The notes under the pieces were generated by a model, which ran no database searches, was not told the origin of the DNA, and was given only the letters and a program-made list of their open reading frames with translations. A DNA stretch of 64,000 nt. It comes from Vicugna vicugna. Lineage: Eukaryota. Made by a program: the position numbers and the translations under genes. The DNA lies in NCBI GenBank assembly GCA_013265495.1, contig MU058444.1, positions 1,736,001 through 1,800,000 on the forward strand, in the 5' to 3' direction. Positions 1 to 12,671 of this stretch are shown here, one piece after another (position 1 is the first letter of the stretch; each line of letters begins with the position of its first letter).

Positions 1-779
1 GGTATATTCTCCCAGGAGCATCTTAATCGGCATGTTTCATTTCTGCCAAGGCATCCTAAAAACGCGGTTACTTTAACAGAAGAACATTTGGATGAACTTT
101 CCTAAATACAATCTAAAAATAGTTTACAACAGTAAATTGATTATAATGTATGGACATCAAATTCTAAGCCAAATAGGTTTACTTTGAAAGAAGTACTGGA
201 TGTATATTTTTATTTCTTAAGTTGCATTTCTTTCTTGATTTTAACAGCTAGGTATGAAGTAGGTCATGAACCAGCACCTGAAAAATGGATGGAGAAACAT
301 ATGCAAAAGACTGGAAGAATTAAATTATCCCAGGTCAGCAGTCTAAACGCTGAAATGTCTTAGTTGTGATGACTGAAACTCTCAAAAACTTCCACCTAAA
401 TGAACATTATAATTCATACTTATCAAAATTGATTATGGCTACTTCAAGTAATAGGTGATCAATACACAAAACAGTCTTTCTGGCTAGGCAGTCATACTTG
501 CTTTCAAGTTAGACACTGTTTTTATTTAGATGCTATTTTAAAATAATGTTAAATAAGCAAGATTTATCCATAATGCACAAATCACTTCACTTCACAGCAT
601 CTTAGGCTGAGTCTAAGATGCCTCAATGAGCGTCAACTTGTTTAAAAATGTTTAGCCATTCATATTTAATAACATAGAAACCTATTCAGAACATTTTGTT
701 ATGTAAAATGTAACTAGTTATAAAATAGTATGCACATCACAGTTCCAATCATTTACAAACGTGAACACACATAGGTAAA

Positions 780-845
780 TACTTACACACATACACACAT
801 AAATACACATACATCGAGATAATATATCTACACATACACACACAA
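780..845. repeat. Degenerate (CA/TA)n low-complexity tract
   Basis: acacacatacacacataaatacacatac...cacatacacacaca. Confidence 0.7.
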
Positions 846-1398
846 AGATATAAATGGAACTGGAACATATGTATATATGAATATGGCTAAAAGAATATAC
901 TCCCTAAAAGTAATTATTGCATTATTAAGTGAAATAAATAAATGCGCACACACACGCCTCGATTTTTAGAATGGACATCAAACACAACATCCAAACTAAC
1001 TTTAAATTTTTGCTTCATTTTTTTACCTGAAGATTGGTTTTTCAGATTAAAAATTTAGACATTGAAGGATGTAGAACATCTCTTAACCAATGCCCTTTCT
1101 TCAGTTTTTTTCACCCGGTTATAAGGAGGTACCATTCTTGGGACACGGCAGTGGCATTTGAGGGAAAAAACAAACGCGCAAGTAAATTAGTGATGCTCCC
1201 TCTCTTTACTGCGGCACCAGTTTTAGGTTCAAAAGTAACTGCACATTAGAACACACTTTAAAAAAAAACAACTAAACTCGTGTGTTAAACTACTGTAAGG
1301 TATTAGGCAGAAATTTCACAGCAGAGTCAACGGTGATGGGGATTTTGTGCTTGCTCAGCTCTCGAACTGACAAAGACAGCACGTTAGGTCTTACTCAC

Positions 1399-1482
1399 TT
1401 TGGGGCCTGGCAGTCCTGGTTTTCCCGGAGGACATACACACGGAGCTGCAGTTGAACCTACATCGCTGGGACCGTTGAGGCA
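1399..1482 (-). CDS. COL21A1: COL21A1 coding exon 8, Cys-rich linker and first Gly-X-Y triplets (84 nt)
   Basis: Acceptor tttttgtctttcag|TGC, donor AAA|GTGAGT, phase 0-0. Encodes CLNGPSDVGSTAAPCVCPPGKPGLPGPK. Confidence 0.96.
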
Positions 1483-1791
1483 CTGAAAGACAAAAATGGA
1501 CATTAAGCCACACGGAAAGACGCAGCTCTACGTGTTCACGTGCACAGGTGTGTCTGTAGGTGTGTGAGAAATGGTAACCATGTTGTACACTTACTATCCA
1601 ATTTTTATTTATCCAATTTATAAGCCAATTAAGTAATTCCAAATCAACAAAAAAGCTATGCATACTAAATACACTGAAACTACATGAAAATGGGTTCTAC
1701 GTATCTAATATACTCACAATTGATGGGAGGAAGACAAACAGCCCCACAATGCAAATACTACCTTAAGGAGAATAATCGTTTCCAGGCCTAC

Positions 1792-1800
1792 CTCACCATT
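1792..1800 (-). CDS. COL21A1: COL21A1 9-nt microexon (Asn-Gly-Glu)
   Basis: Minus strand reads ttgctgtttctctttcag|AATGGTGAG|gtaggc, phase 0-0. It supplies the NGE residues between CEIPGF and CLNGP in the recalled human protein. Confidence 0.9.
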
Positions 1801-2543
1801 CTGAAAGAGAAACAGCAACAAATGTGTTTTAAAATACGTTTTTAATTGAAGTCCTAAGTTAGCTTCCTAATTTACATTCTTTTGTCCAGGGTAGAGATAA
1901 ATGATGTATCAAAACCAGCAAGAGATAGAACATGTGCTTGCCACCATCCTAAAAAACTATTTATTTATACATGTTATTCCCACATTTAGATATAGGATAA
2001 AGGAAGGAAATTAGCAATAGTGAAGAATTGAAGGGAAAATGAAAACATCAAAGATTCTTAGCGTGACAGCCCCGCAGGGCAAAAATACCACAAAGAGGGA
2101 CTTAGATGCTCTCTTGAACTTTCTGGAAACCATCAGAACCAGAGAAAAAGCCAAAAGGCATCTAACTAAGCAAGTCACAGACGACACGCATTCAATTTTA
2201 TGCACTTGACTTTCGGAGAGCATCTTGCTGAACAATCTATGACTTATCGAATAACACAACTTAAAATAGGTTAATAATCTTTCCGAACAATAACAAATTA
2301 GATCAGGAAAGGAGAAGGTGGGAATGAAGATGGAAAAGTAAATGAGCCAGAAGTCACACCTGAGAGTAAGGAAGGGGCCATGAAAACACAGAAACGTGCT
2401 TGTGAGAACCCAGAGTCCCCCATCTCATGCTGCGCTTCAATTATACGAGGGGGTAAAGGACGGTCATAACGTTGATGGAGAAATAGCAATGAAACAAGCA
2501 TGCATAATGCACTCTCAAAATGTTATAACTTAATGGTCTTAGG

Positions 2544-2716
2544 AGAGATTTATGTTCCAGGTTATAAGTACTTAAAATAAACATTATAGTGTTTAAACAA
2601 AAGAGATTTATCATCCAAGTTATAAGTCTCTACAATAAACGTTAGAGTGTTTAAACAAAAGAGATTTATATTCCAAGTTATAAGTCTCTAAAATAAAAGT
2701 TACAGTGTTTAAACAA
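2544..2716. repeat. Tandem repeat, 3 x 58 bp
   Basis: Units start at 2544, 2602 and 2660 (AGAGATTTAT...CCARGTTATAAGT...AATAAA...AGTGTTTAAACAA). Confidence 0.92.
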
Positions 2717-3654
2717 TTACTTAGCTAAAAAAACCCAAAATGAATCATTTCTAAACATTCCCATCTTTGATTTTATTATAGATCCCTTAAATGTGCTGCT
2801 CTGTGGCCTCAAATTTTCAGAACACGTGGATTCGTAAGTTGTTCAGTTTAATAGAAAAACAAGAAGATGACAGTATAACTATACCAACTAAAGGAACCAT
2901 GTAGGGCTCAAAAATCACTGAGAATCCACACTCTCAAAAAATTTTACAACATTCTACCTTATCTGCACTAGCAACATATGCCTTTGTTTTTGTGCCCAAG
3001 GGAAAAGGGATTTAATCATACACACACACACGTTTATAATCAGATCCTATAACATTTCAGCTTACAATCTTTTCCTTCCTAACGCATTACTAAAAATAGC
3101 TAAATTAATAGAAAGTTGCTTGTGTCCTAGAAATATAAGAAAATCTTACTTGGCTAATAACAACAAAAAGAAAAATTTACATTCACCATGGTTTAAGAAA
3201 ACGTGCTGGGGAACAGGAAAATGAATCCTTTTTTTTTTTTTAATTGAAGTACCATCTACTCTCCAGAAAATCGTGCCATGTTAAGGTATTCTCCCCACAC
3301 GTTTAATGATGCCTACAAATGGATTTCACACACTAGACATTCAGACAACAAATTCTATTTTTCTAAAGCAGCAACATCCCTGCTTCACTCAAGTAATGGA
3401 ACAATCATGACCCAAGACAATGGGAGAATATGTCCTGTGGTCTTCGTTTGCACTTGAAGAATAATTCATTATAATTTTATTTCAGTTATGAACCTCAAAA
3501 TATGTTTTAATCAATGCAGTTTCATTTGCATTGGCAATTAAGAAACAAAAGAACCCCACATGTTAAATGAAAGCTCACGAATTATCTGCTTTTTATCGAT
3601 TGCTCTGAAAGACCTGAAGCAAAAATTGGGAAAAAAATCATCCGTGCTACTCAC

Positions 3655-3732
3655 AAATCCAGGAATCTCACATGCCGTCTCCCGGTTGTTCTGTTCTGGG
3701 TCACAGTAGATCCGCAGCTTTTGGACATCAAA
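3655..3732 (-). CDS. COL21A1: COL21A1 coding exon 6, end of TSPN domain (78 nt)
   Basis: Acceptor tttatgtttccag|TTT, donor TTT|GTGAGT, phase 0-0. Encodes FDVQKLRIYCDPEQNNRETACEIPGF. Confidence 0.97.
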
Positions 3733-4794
3733 CTGGAAACATAAAACCGACCCAGTTAACTGGAGGCACAAGCAAACTGTTTTTCACAAAAGCAACTCGG
3801 AGACATAGAAGTGGCCGCTATAATTAGCAATCGTGTAAGATTTCGACTTAAGCTGAAACAATAAAACTACAAAATGTGAATACTTAACATACAGTATAAA
3901 GATGCGATACCACAGAACTCGGAAGGAAAACTCGCCTGGCACCAAAGACAAGTCTCTGGTTTCTCTGGGAAACCCACCAGAGCTTCTGTTATATCATTAC
4001 ATTAAGAGCTAGTCTAGAGAGCATTTCATGAACCACTTAAAAGCTCTCCCAGGCTTTCTGTGTTTAGCCAACATGTCCCAACATCCCTGATTGCACAGGG
4101 TGGGCTCACCTTTAGTTTCAGAGATTCAGTCGTTGGCACGGAGCTCTGTGTGATGAGTACTCCTGGCACCTGCCACTCTTTAAATATTTACTATAATTTG
4201 ACATGTGACATTAACACATAAAAGCCATGTGTATAATCATACATTTGAATATGTCACCGCCTTCCCTTAATAGAAAACAGAGTGGGGAAGACATACCTTT
4301 TCAAATACGGATTTTTCAAGAAATGGCTATCTTTTACATACACACTTCACAACCCACACATAGATATTCTAGTTCAAAGAGAGAACTAAAAACGTCACAA
4401 TTTTGTTCATGAAGAACCCCGAAATGCATTAATCTAATTGTATCCTCACAGCTGCAAAGACATTTTTATAACTCCCTCACTCACAGCTTTAATCGTATTC
4501 ACTTTTCCAAATTTATGATATAATCTATGCTTCTCCTGGGAAATATGAAACTAACATTTCACGAGAACATAGAATTCAACCCTGAGCCCAGGGGAATGGA
4601 TTTCTATGAGTTATTATATGAAGTTTGATTTTTCATTTTCATGCACACACACAAGTATGCAATTTGACAAATGAACTGGGCCACATGTTGCTTAAGCTTC
4701 TTAAAGGGAATCAGTTAATACAGTTAAGTGCGATACATGCTATCACAAAAGCTCCGTTCTATACATGCGAAAAGCAGATGATTTTTTAATCCAC

Positions 4795-4968
4795 CTGAAC
4801 AGTTTCTTCTTTCCCAGAGTACTTTCCGATTTGGGTTTGCCCGCTGATGAAAATCCCTAAGACTGGATGCAAGGGCTTGTCTTCGATTTGTTGATCATCG
4901 ATGTAGAGAGTTACATCTTGCTCTGTCACCAAGAGACGGATCTGATGCCAGCCTTCATCAAACAACGT
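4795..4968 (-). CDS. COL21A1: COL21A1 coding exon 5, TSPN domain (174 nt; absent from the ORF track)
   Basis: Acceptor ttcttcctgtag|ACG, donor CAG|GTGGAT, phase 0-0. Manual translation TLFDEGWHQIRLLVTEQDVTLYIDDQQIEDKPLHPVLGIFISGQTQIGKYSGKEETVQ contains the LamG/TSPN D-x-GWH motif. Confidence 0.97.
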
Positions 4969-5149
4969 CTACAGGAAGAAAATATGGAAGATTTCATAAA
5001 CAAAATCCCTTACAATCTGTCGTTTTCTTTGTTTCTATTCCTTTGCCATCAACCATAAATCCACACCGCAAAGACTGGCTGCATTACATTCTAATTCATC
5101 CTGATCCACGCTGGGCCTCAAAGGCCACCCACCAATGATTTTATGACTC

Positions 5150-6520
5150 CCTCGTGGAGCTCCCATTGCATAGCCCAAAGCAGCTGGACCAAACTATTTA
5201 CTGAAACAACTCCTTCCAGGTCACAAATAAGTTCCAAAATGGTCCCGATCCAAATGGCTTCTCTCATTCCCTCATCTGAAGTACTTTGTAACTAGTCCAT
5301 GCTCTTTCATAGTCGCAACTTCCATGATTCAAACCATCTTGATCATTTCATTCCTTCTTCTCCAACTGCCCCTTCTCCATCCTTCTGAGGGCCCATCGCT
5401 CTCCATCTGCCCTTTGATGAGGGTGTTCCACACAGGTCTGTCCTTCACCTTTCATTTTCCCTTAGAGTGGATCTCATCCACTCAATTATTCCTTTTATGG
5501 AATAACTTCCATCAACAGCCTGGACCTCCTTCCCACACGTGGTACCCAGAACTCTAACACAGGCTAGAATCTTTTCACCAGGATGTTTCACAATCAGTCT
5601 GACAGCGCGTGTAACAAGATGAACTTGAACTATCCCCCCAAACTTCCTGATTTCCCTGGGATAATAGTATCCATATGCCTTCAAATCCTGCCCCTTCCCT
5701 CCGTTACTAACAACTAGATGCAAAATTCTACCAAGTCTGTCTCTGAAATATGACTCAAATTCACTTCTCCATTTCCTTTCTCATCACCATAAGTTAGGTC
5801 CATAGCTATCTTGCTTTATCTGAATACTTTTCAAACATACCTCTATCCTTAACCCTTCCTTCTCCAAGTCATCCTTATCACTACTAGAATTAACCTCCCT
5901 AATTAGAGTTTTGTCAGAGAAGAAGCCACATCTTATTAATTTCTATATTCCAGGACCTCGTCCAATTCCATGAAAGAGTCAAAAGTATTCTTTACAAAAG
6001 AAGAAGGGAAAAAAGGTGAGGAGAGAGTTACTTTGACCATGACATGCCTGTAATCGAGACCTTTTGATGGAATTCTGTCACCCACTGAATGAAGTTCAAA
6101 ACCCTTTGTATGGTTCCCAGGTCCCTGCAAATTCAGCTTAGGGCTTTCTAGCTTTTTCTTTCCTGTACCTTATACTCCACAAACACAGGGGCCACCACTT
6201 CCTACTCTCTGAACAAAAACCCTGCATTTTACTACACATGACTACTCAGTAGTGAACCACGGACTTACACGTCCTTATCTCTCTCCATCAAAATCATATA
6301 TATACATCCTTCAAGGTCCACTCCAAAAACCATCTCATTTATGAAGACTTTCCTACATATATGAGAATCCACTTCTCCTTTCACAGCTCCACTAACACAC
6401 TGGACTTCTGTTAGATACCAGAAGCACTGACTATCCCATCATAAGTTAGTTCCCTGAAGGTGAGAAATAGGCCTTATTCATTTGTCACTTCCTACAGAAC
6501 CTAGCACATTGCCTTTAATG
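5150..6520 (+). mobile_element. Ancient L2 LINE fragment
   Basis: Pyrimidine-rich degenerate ORF2-like sequence ending in an L2-like 3' end (gttccctgaaggtgag...cctagcacattgcc). Boundaries approximate. Confidence 0.6.
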
Positions 6521-6899
6521 AGAATGGCTGACAATTTTTTTAATTTAATCTGCTTACGAAGCGAAGAAATTGCATAAATACATCGCTTCATATACAGTCT
6601 TGTCTATTCCCTAAATTACATAATGTACCATTAGACTATCATCATGAAAGTAATGATCAAAACATAATTGCTTTTATATTGCATCTGTCTTCTGAATACA
6701 TTTGACCTGGGAAATACACTTTTACTTTCAGTTTTGTGATTTTATTAAATATATGTTCCTTTAGGGGAAATAAAATATCTTCCTAATAAATGTGAATTCT
6801 GTATCCATTATCTACCTATATTTAATGTTCTGACAAATATGACTTTGTCTCAATATCCTGTAAGACAATGGCAGTATAAAATAGACCCACAGGGACTTT

Positions 6900-7090
6900 G
6901 AAATTGACCAGACCTAAATTAAATTCCTGATGTTGCCGCTTAGTAGCTGTGTTACTTTGAGCGGAACTTAGTATCGTTGAACCTTGGTTTCTTTGTCTGT
7001 AAAATGAGAGCAATAACTTCTTCCTTGGATGGCTGTTATAATGAAATGTTCCTGCCACCTCGTAGCAGGCACTCAAAAAATGTTAGTTTC
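6900..7090 (+). mobile_element. MIR SINE
   Basis: MIR core (tagctgtgttactttgagc...ttggtttctttgtctgtaaaatgagagcaataa) and 3' end (gtagcaggcactcaaaaaatgttagtt). Confidence 0.75.
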
Positions 7091-7130
7091 CCCACCCCTT
7101 AATCTCATACAAATTAAGAAATAAATTTTA

Positions 7131-7490
7131 ATTAACCACTACATATAAAAATAGACAAAAAGTAAATTTGTTCTGTATAGCACAGGAAACTATATTCAAT
7201 ATCTTGTAATGAAAAAGAATACGAAAATGAATATATGTATATAGACGCATGACTGGGACATGATGCTGAACACCAGAAATCGACACACTGTAACTGACTA
7301 TATTTCAGTTAAAAAAAAATCTTGTAATAGCCTATAATGAGAAAGAATATGAAAAGAAATATGTATATGTGTATAACTGAATCACTATGCTGTACACCAG
7401 AAACTAACACGATAACATTGTAAATCAATCATACTTCAACAAGAAGTACTGAATTTCAAATAAAAAAATAAATAAAATTTTAAAAAAGAA
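7131..7490 (+). mobile_element. Two tandem L1 3'-UTR ends
   Basis: ctgtatagcacaggaaactatattcaat...tatttcagtt(A)n, followed directly by cttgtaatagcctataatgag...caatcatacttcaa and an A-rich tail. Confidence 0.85.
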
Positions 7491-7644
7491 ACACATTTTC
7501 TTCTTTTCTTGCTTTAACTTGGTAAAGCAAAGTTAAAATGTAAAGCCAGTATCTTTCCAGTCATGTTAAAATCATGCCTCTCGTCCCCTAAACCTGATGG
7601 CAATTTCCCCTGAGTACCAGAGTCAATAACCCAGGCATCTTTAC

Positions 7645-7861
7645 CTTAACTCGAGGGTCAGCAAAGGTGACCACTTGCGAGCCATTAATTATGCTGGTAG
7701 TTGTAAATACTAATGTTTTATCCACTCCATTTAAGGTAACTGCTATTTGTGGCCTTCCGTCAAAGGTTGAAATTCTCCATAAATCCCACATTTTCTTGAC
7801 CTTAAATCTCTGAGTGGAGACAAAGACATAGGATGGAGGAAGACCTTCTGGGAAAACATTG
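7645..7861 (-). CDS. COL21A1: COL21A1 coding exon 4, TSPN domain (217 nt)
   Basis: Follows a 91-nt intron (7862-7952). Acceptor ttttttccag|C, donor AAG|GTAAAG, phase 2-0. Encodes SNVFPEGLPPSYVFVSTQRFKVKKMWDLWRI...FADPRVK. Confidence 0.97.
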
Positions 7862-7952
7862 CTGGAAAAAAGAACACGTATGAGCTTAAGGAATTCTCAA
7901 CTCATCTCCAGACATATCAGAAAAAAAAGCTGTATCAACACGTAATGTTTAC

Positions 7953-8121
7953 CTGGTGAATTCTGATAAATCAACTTTTGATGTTATTTCATATCCCTTT
8001 ATCTTTGTTGGTGAAAGTTGGATTCTTTTCTTTGCTTTTTTCTTGACACCCAAACCCAAAAGAATATCGAACCCCTTCTCATCACGAGCTGCCACCGGGA
8101 TTCGTGTTGGACAGACAGATT
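7953..8121 (-). CDS. COL21A1: COL21A1 coding exon 3, start of TSPN domain (169 nt)
   Basis: Acceptor ttttgctttgtag|AA, donor AG|GTAAAC, phase 1-2. Encodes ESVCPTRIPVAARDEKGFDILLGL...VDLSEFT. Confidence 0.97.
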
Positions 8122-10319
8122 CTACAAAGCAAAAACAAAAGACAGTCATCTAAAAGGTGATTAATCATGGGTTATTCAGCAAGAAAGGAGACTCAAGGGA
8201 GGACTCTTAGAAAACATAGAATTATAAAATCTCTACACACGCATGAAAGGATATAAACATATTTTCAGAGAAAACACATGGAAATGTTTTTGGCATTTGA
8301 GAATGAAATCTCATTAGTCTTTTTTCCCCCAAAAAGAGGATTAAAACAAAACAGAAATGTAAAAGGAACCATTGTTAACAGATCATTTTAAGGGCAATGC
8401 TACACCAAAATCTATAATTCACTATTTGAATATGAGGCAAGCTAACACCTGTCAGCTAGGAGAGCAATGGAGCAGGATTCGTGATGCTCATCCAGGATTT
8501 GCTGTCAGTCAGTCATGTGTTCTCGGTTAACACTCCTGTATTTCTTGCATCTAGGAGATGAACTCTGATTGCTTTCTTGCAATCCCAGCATTTGAGGGGG
8601 AAAAATGTGTTGCTCTTTTAGTCTTTCTAGTTCTAGAAGTTCATAATCTTTCAGTTCAATTACCTTGGTTCTTTCCCTTTGGAAAAAACTTAACTGTGGG
8701 TCCTTTCTTTTCATGGAAACTATTTACACGGGCCTACTGGCTCATCTATGATTAATTATATTATATATTATATTAATCATATTTATAAATGAATAAAGAT
8801 TTTCCTTATGAAGAATCATGAAGGTTTACATTATACAGTCATCTGTAGAAATTATAAAATATCTTACGCTTTTTACTTCTCTGGGAAATGAGTGTCTCAA
8901 ATTATGTGGAAAATTTTGTACAGCTGAAATGCTGTTCCACTGTTATACTGTAGGAATGTTGCAATATTTTCAGATTCTTCCAAAGCCATCACATAACATA
9001 CACACTGAGCATGACTGCTTATATTTTATAGAGCAGCTAACAGAATAAAACGAGAACAAACTCCACTAAACAAACTTTACGAGAATCACTCTTACATGAT
9101 GTTAAGGAGAGGGAAAGGTATCATATTTATAATACAATAAAAAATAATGAGATGGACTTAATTAGCCCAAAACATACTGTCATAATGTGTACTATGGAAT
9201 ATTGGAAATAAAATAAAGGTTTAATATAATTAAAATCAGATGTATTCCTTGGAAGGGAGTGGGTATGTTTCCCTTCAGGTCTGAAGATGCTGAGTTGGGA
9301 AGGGACCTAATCAATCACACCCTTCTTCCTTTGGTAAGTTTCGAGCTCACTGATGGGAAGGTATAGGAACCGGGCAGAGGATGCTGGTTAGAGGTGTGAC
9401 CCACTGAGTCTGATGAGACTCTGCAACATAATCAACCACATCTGCCGCCGGGCAACCCAGCAGGGCTGATTTATTCCCCACCCATCTCAGGAGCAGGACC
9501 TGGCCACTAACCTCACACATGGTCTAAAGAGGAAACAGAATACCACCTCCACAGACCTGCTGATTCAAAGAGAAGAAAGCTGAAAGAATTTTGCAAACAA
9601 TGACCAGCTACTTTTATCAAACTCCCTGGCCCCAAAACGCACTTTCCCATCAGAGGCGAGGAATGAAAGAAGGTGGGGAGAGATTAGAAAAGTCAGTCTA
9701 CATACTCCTTGCAGCACTGCTTTTCATTCTGAAAAATGAGAACCAAAAAAACAAATTGCCTGAGTCAAGGAAAAAGCCAATTCAGGTGAATCTGGAGCAG
9801 AAGAGTGACAAATTGGACTTCGATATTGAACCATCTTTGCATTCTGAAATAATTCCTATTCTGATAAATATTAATCCTTTACGACATTACTGGATTTGCT
9901 AGTATTTTTTTAGCAAACATTTTCCACCTGTACTTAAAACTGGGATTTGTTATAATTTTAAAATTCATTTTAATAGTTTTAAAAGATGACTTACTCAAAA
10001 AAAAAAATAGTCCAGCTGAAGTCCCTCCACATGAAAACATAAGAAGCAGGGCATAAGTGTCTCAATAATGCTGTATTATGCCATTTAAATCATAAATCAA
10101 TAAAAGAAATTAATTTTTTTTCTGTCATTATGATGCAGGCTTTGCTTTTAGGGGAGGTAATACAGAATAAAATGAAGCCTCACTTCAAATGCATTTTGAT
10201 TTAAAACTGCAAAAGAAAGAAGTTCAGCTGCAAAGAAAATGTGTTAAACATGACATCATAAGAATATTCAGATTTGAATTGCTCCTTTGATTTGCTTTAC
10301 AAAGAGAAGTTATAAGATG

Positions 10320-10500
10320 TTGGACAAAGAGCTCTAACTTTAGACCAGAACCTGAGGTTTTAGACGAAGCCTCTCTTAACCTCTCATGAATCTCTGGATT
10401 CCCATCTGTGAAATGAGAATAATGATCTCCTTCACAGGGTTTGTCGGAGGATCAAATGAGATGGTGTGTGTGAAAGCGCCTTGTGACCCCACAACGGCAC
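10320..10500 (+). mobile_element. MIR SINE
   Basis: cttaacctctcatgaatctctggattcccatctgtgaaatgagaataatgat...ggatcaaatgagatggtgtgtgtgaaagcgcc. Confidence 0.7.
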
Positions 10501-12495
10501 GCAATGGGAGAGGAGAAAGCAAGTACTGTGTTCATCCCTTTTCTGTAATAAAATCTTTTGCGCTGTATCCTAATCTCTAGAATTCCGTAGGAAACAGTGT
10601 GGCACGGTTTGTCAAATCAGGAGTGTAAATTAATAGTCACAGTGTAGCCATGTTTAATTGACTACCTAGCACATCTCATTAGGGAAAACGTACTTAAATA
10701 ATTAATATTTTTTCCAAGGAGTAATTTTTCTTCCCAGTTGGCTCACCTACAAGAACAAGAAGATACCCTACACATGGGAATTGAAAAGTAAAATGTAGTT
10801 AAAATGCTCAAATATATGGTTTGTATGCCTAGCTATGAGAGACAGGTAAAAGAAAGTTTCCACATATAAAATACTTCTTTGATCTCCAAACAATTTCCCC
10901 ACAAACTTCCAGGGAAACAGAGGTAAATGATTAACTTCCCCATTGTGTAGAAAAAAAAAACAAAAGAAATATATGTATAAATATACAACAGCATCCAGAG
11001 AGGGGCATGGAAACTGGAAATTAAAACTGAAACTTGAAGGTGTAATTTTAAGGACCAGGAAAATAAAATGCTAAGAGAGAGTCAGCTGGGGCCTGTTATA
11101 ACACCTACAGCAGGGTAAGTAGAACAATCTAGATACACCAAGTTAATTTAAAGGAGTGTGTTCAGGAACAAAGGTGGAAAAAAAAAAAGGCCCAACTTGG
11201 AAGACCTAGGTTCACAAATGGTTCCCTACACGGACTACACGGCTACAATTTTATTTTTACTCCAATATCTTCAGAGAACATCCAGAAAAGGAAGGCTTTA
11301 TGAGATGAGTACAGATTATTCCACGTATTTTAAACACTGAAGTCCAGTAATAATTGCTTTTCTGTCCAATCTCAAGGCTTAGCAGTATAAGTAATTCAGT
11401 CTTCTTGGGCTCATAAAAAAAATGTGTTTTATTTAAAAATCCCACCATGAAGAGGGACACAAAAACTGTATATATCTTGCGTCTAACCAGGGCAATCAAA
11501 TGTGTCCAGCTACACCTTGCTACTTATAAGTTAATATGACAGGGCCACTGATGTACACATTATTCCAGAACATACCTAACCTAGTTTACAAGTGCCTATT
11601 CAATCCAATTCCACACTTCCATTGCTTGTAAGTCACCTTCTGCAGAAGTCGCATATCTTATTGAGAACTGGGGAATTCTAACAAGATTTGTGGTCAGAGA
11701 CCAAAAGTAATTTTACTGATGCAGCCCAATACAACGTAGTTGTCTATGGTGCCTCTGGTACAGCTCAGATCTGTGCAAGCCGACTTCTTTAAACTTTCCT
11801 GGGATGAACCTGGTTTTAATGGGAAGGCAAACATGAGGACACGTGTCATTGACACACACCCCTCAATGGTGTTCAGCGGCAAGTGATACACGTGCCTTCC
11901 TGAAGGTCTATTACACCATCATGTGCTTTAACATCATGTATACATCCGTAAAAAAAGGAGGCACATGCACCACTGTTGCAATTTAGTGCAAAGATTGTGA
12001 AACTTAGACTCTATCACATCATATTGGAAATACAATAAAGTAACAATAGCAAATCCAACATAAATTATCCAAGCAGACATCTTCCTACTAGAGCCCAAAT
12101 TCACAAGTTTTCTTGTCGCATTACAGATTGATTGATCTCATCCTCTTTTAATAGCAAGGAATCCTACTGCCTTAAAATATAGGCTGATCTGGAGTCAACA
12201 GTCCTTCATCAGAGGAAGATGTCCAGCAAACGCATGGCCACCCGACAGTGGGACACAGTAAGCATAGACTTTTGACAACAGTCCTTACAGTGATGAGTCA
12301 ATAGGAACAATAAACTCCAACCAGTCTTAGGTACAATTTGTGCACAAAACAGAAAAGTCAAAATCTTTTTCACCAGTTAAGTGGCCTCAGTAACATCAAA
12401 TATATTATTTTTTAACAATAAGAAAACACATAAGAAATGGAAATCCATCCTTGGCTTAGAAAATAGTTAAGGAGAATACAGTTTTAAAGGCTTAT

Positions 12496-12671
12496 GGGGG
12501 AGGGTAGAGCTCAGTGATAAAGTGCATGCCCAGCATGCAGAAGGTCCTGGGTTCAATCCCCAGTCCCTCCATTCAAAAATAAAATAAATAAATAAATACA
12601 CCTAATTTACACCCCCCCAACAAAAGCAAAAATAAAAAATAAAATAAAGAGAACTTGAAAACACTTTGAAA
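12496..12671 (+). mobile_element. tRNA-derived SINE (camelid Vic-1-like)
   Basis: Head GGGGGAGGGTAGAGCTCAGTG...GGGTTCAATCCCC with A/B boxes and a (TAAA)n tail. TSD AAAGGCTTAT at 12486-12495 and 12672-12681. Confidence 0.88.

Noticed and set aside
1389..1398. Second donor 4 nt downstream of the exon 1399 donor (GTGA|GTAAGA)
   Set aside because: A GT at +5/+6 is inherent to the GTGAGT consensus; use would frameshift and there is no evidence for it.
1..1398. Further Gly-X-Y collagen exons
   Set aside because: No Gly-X-Y codon pattern with splice sites was seen; the next exon lies outside the window.
2544..2716. Regularly spaced repeats with palindromes, superficially CRISPR-like
   Set aside because: Whole units are homologous with no unique spacers, there are no cas genes, and the context is a mammalian intron.
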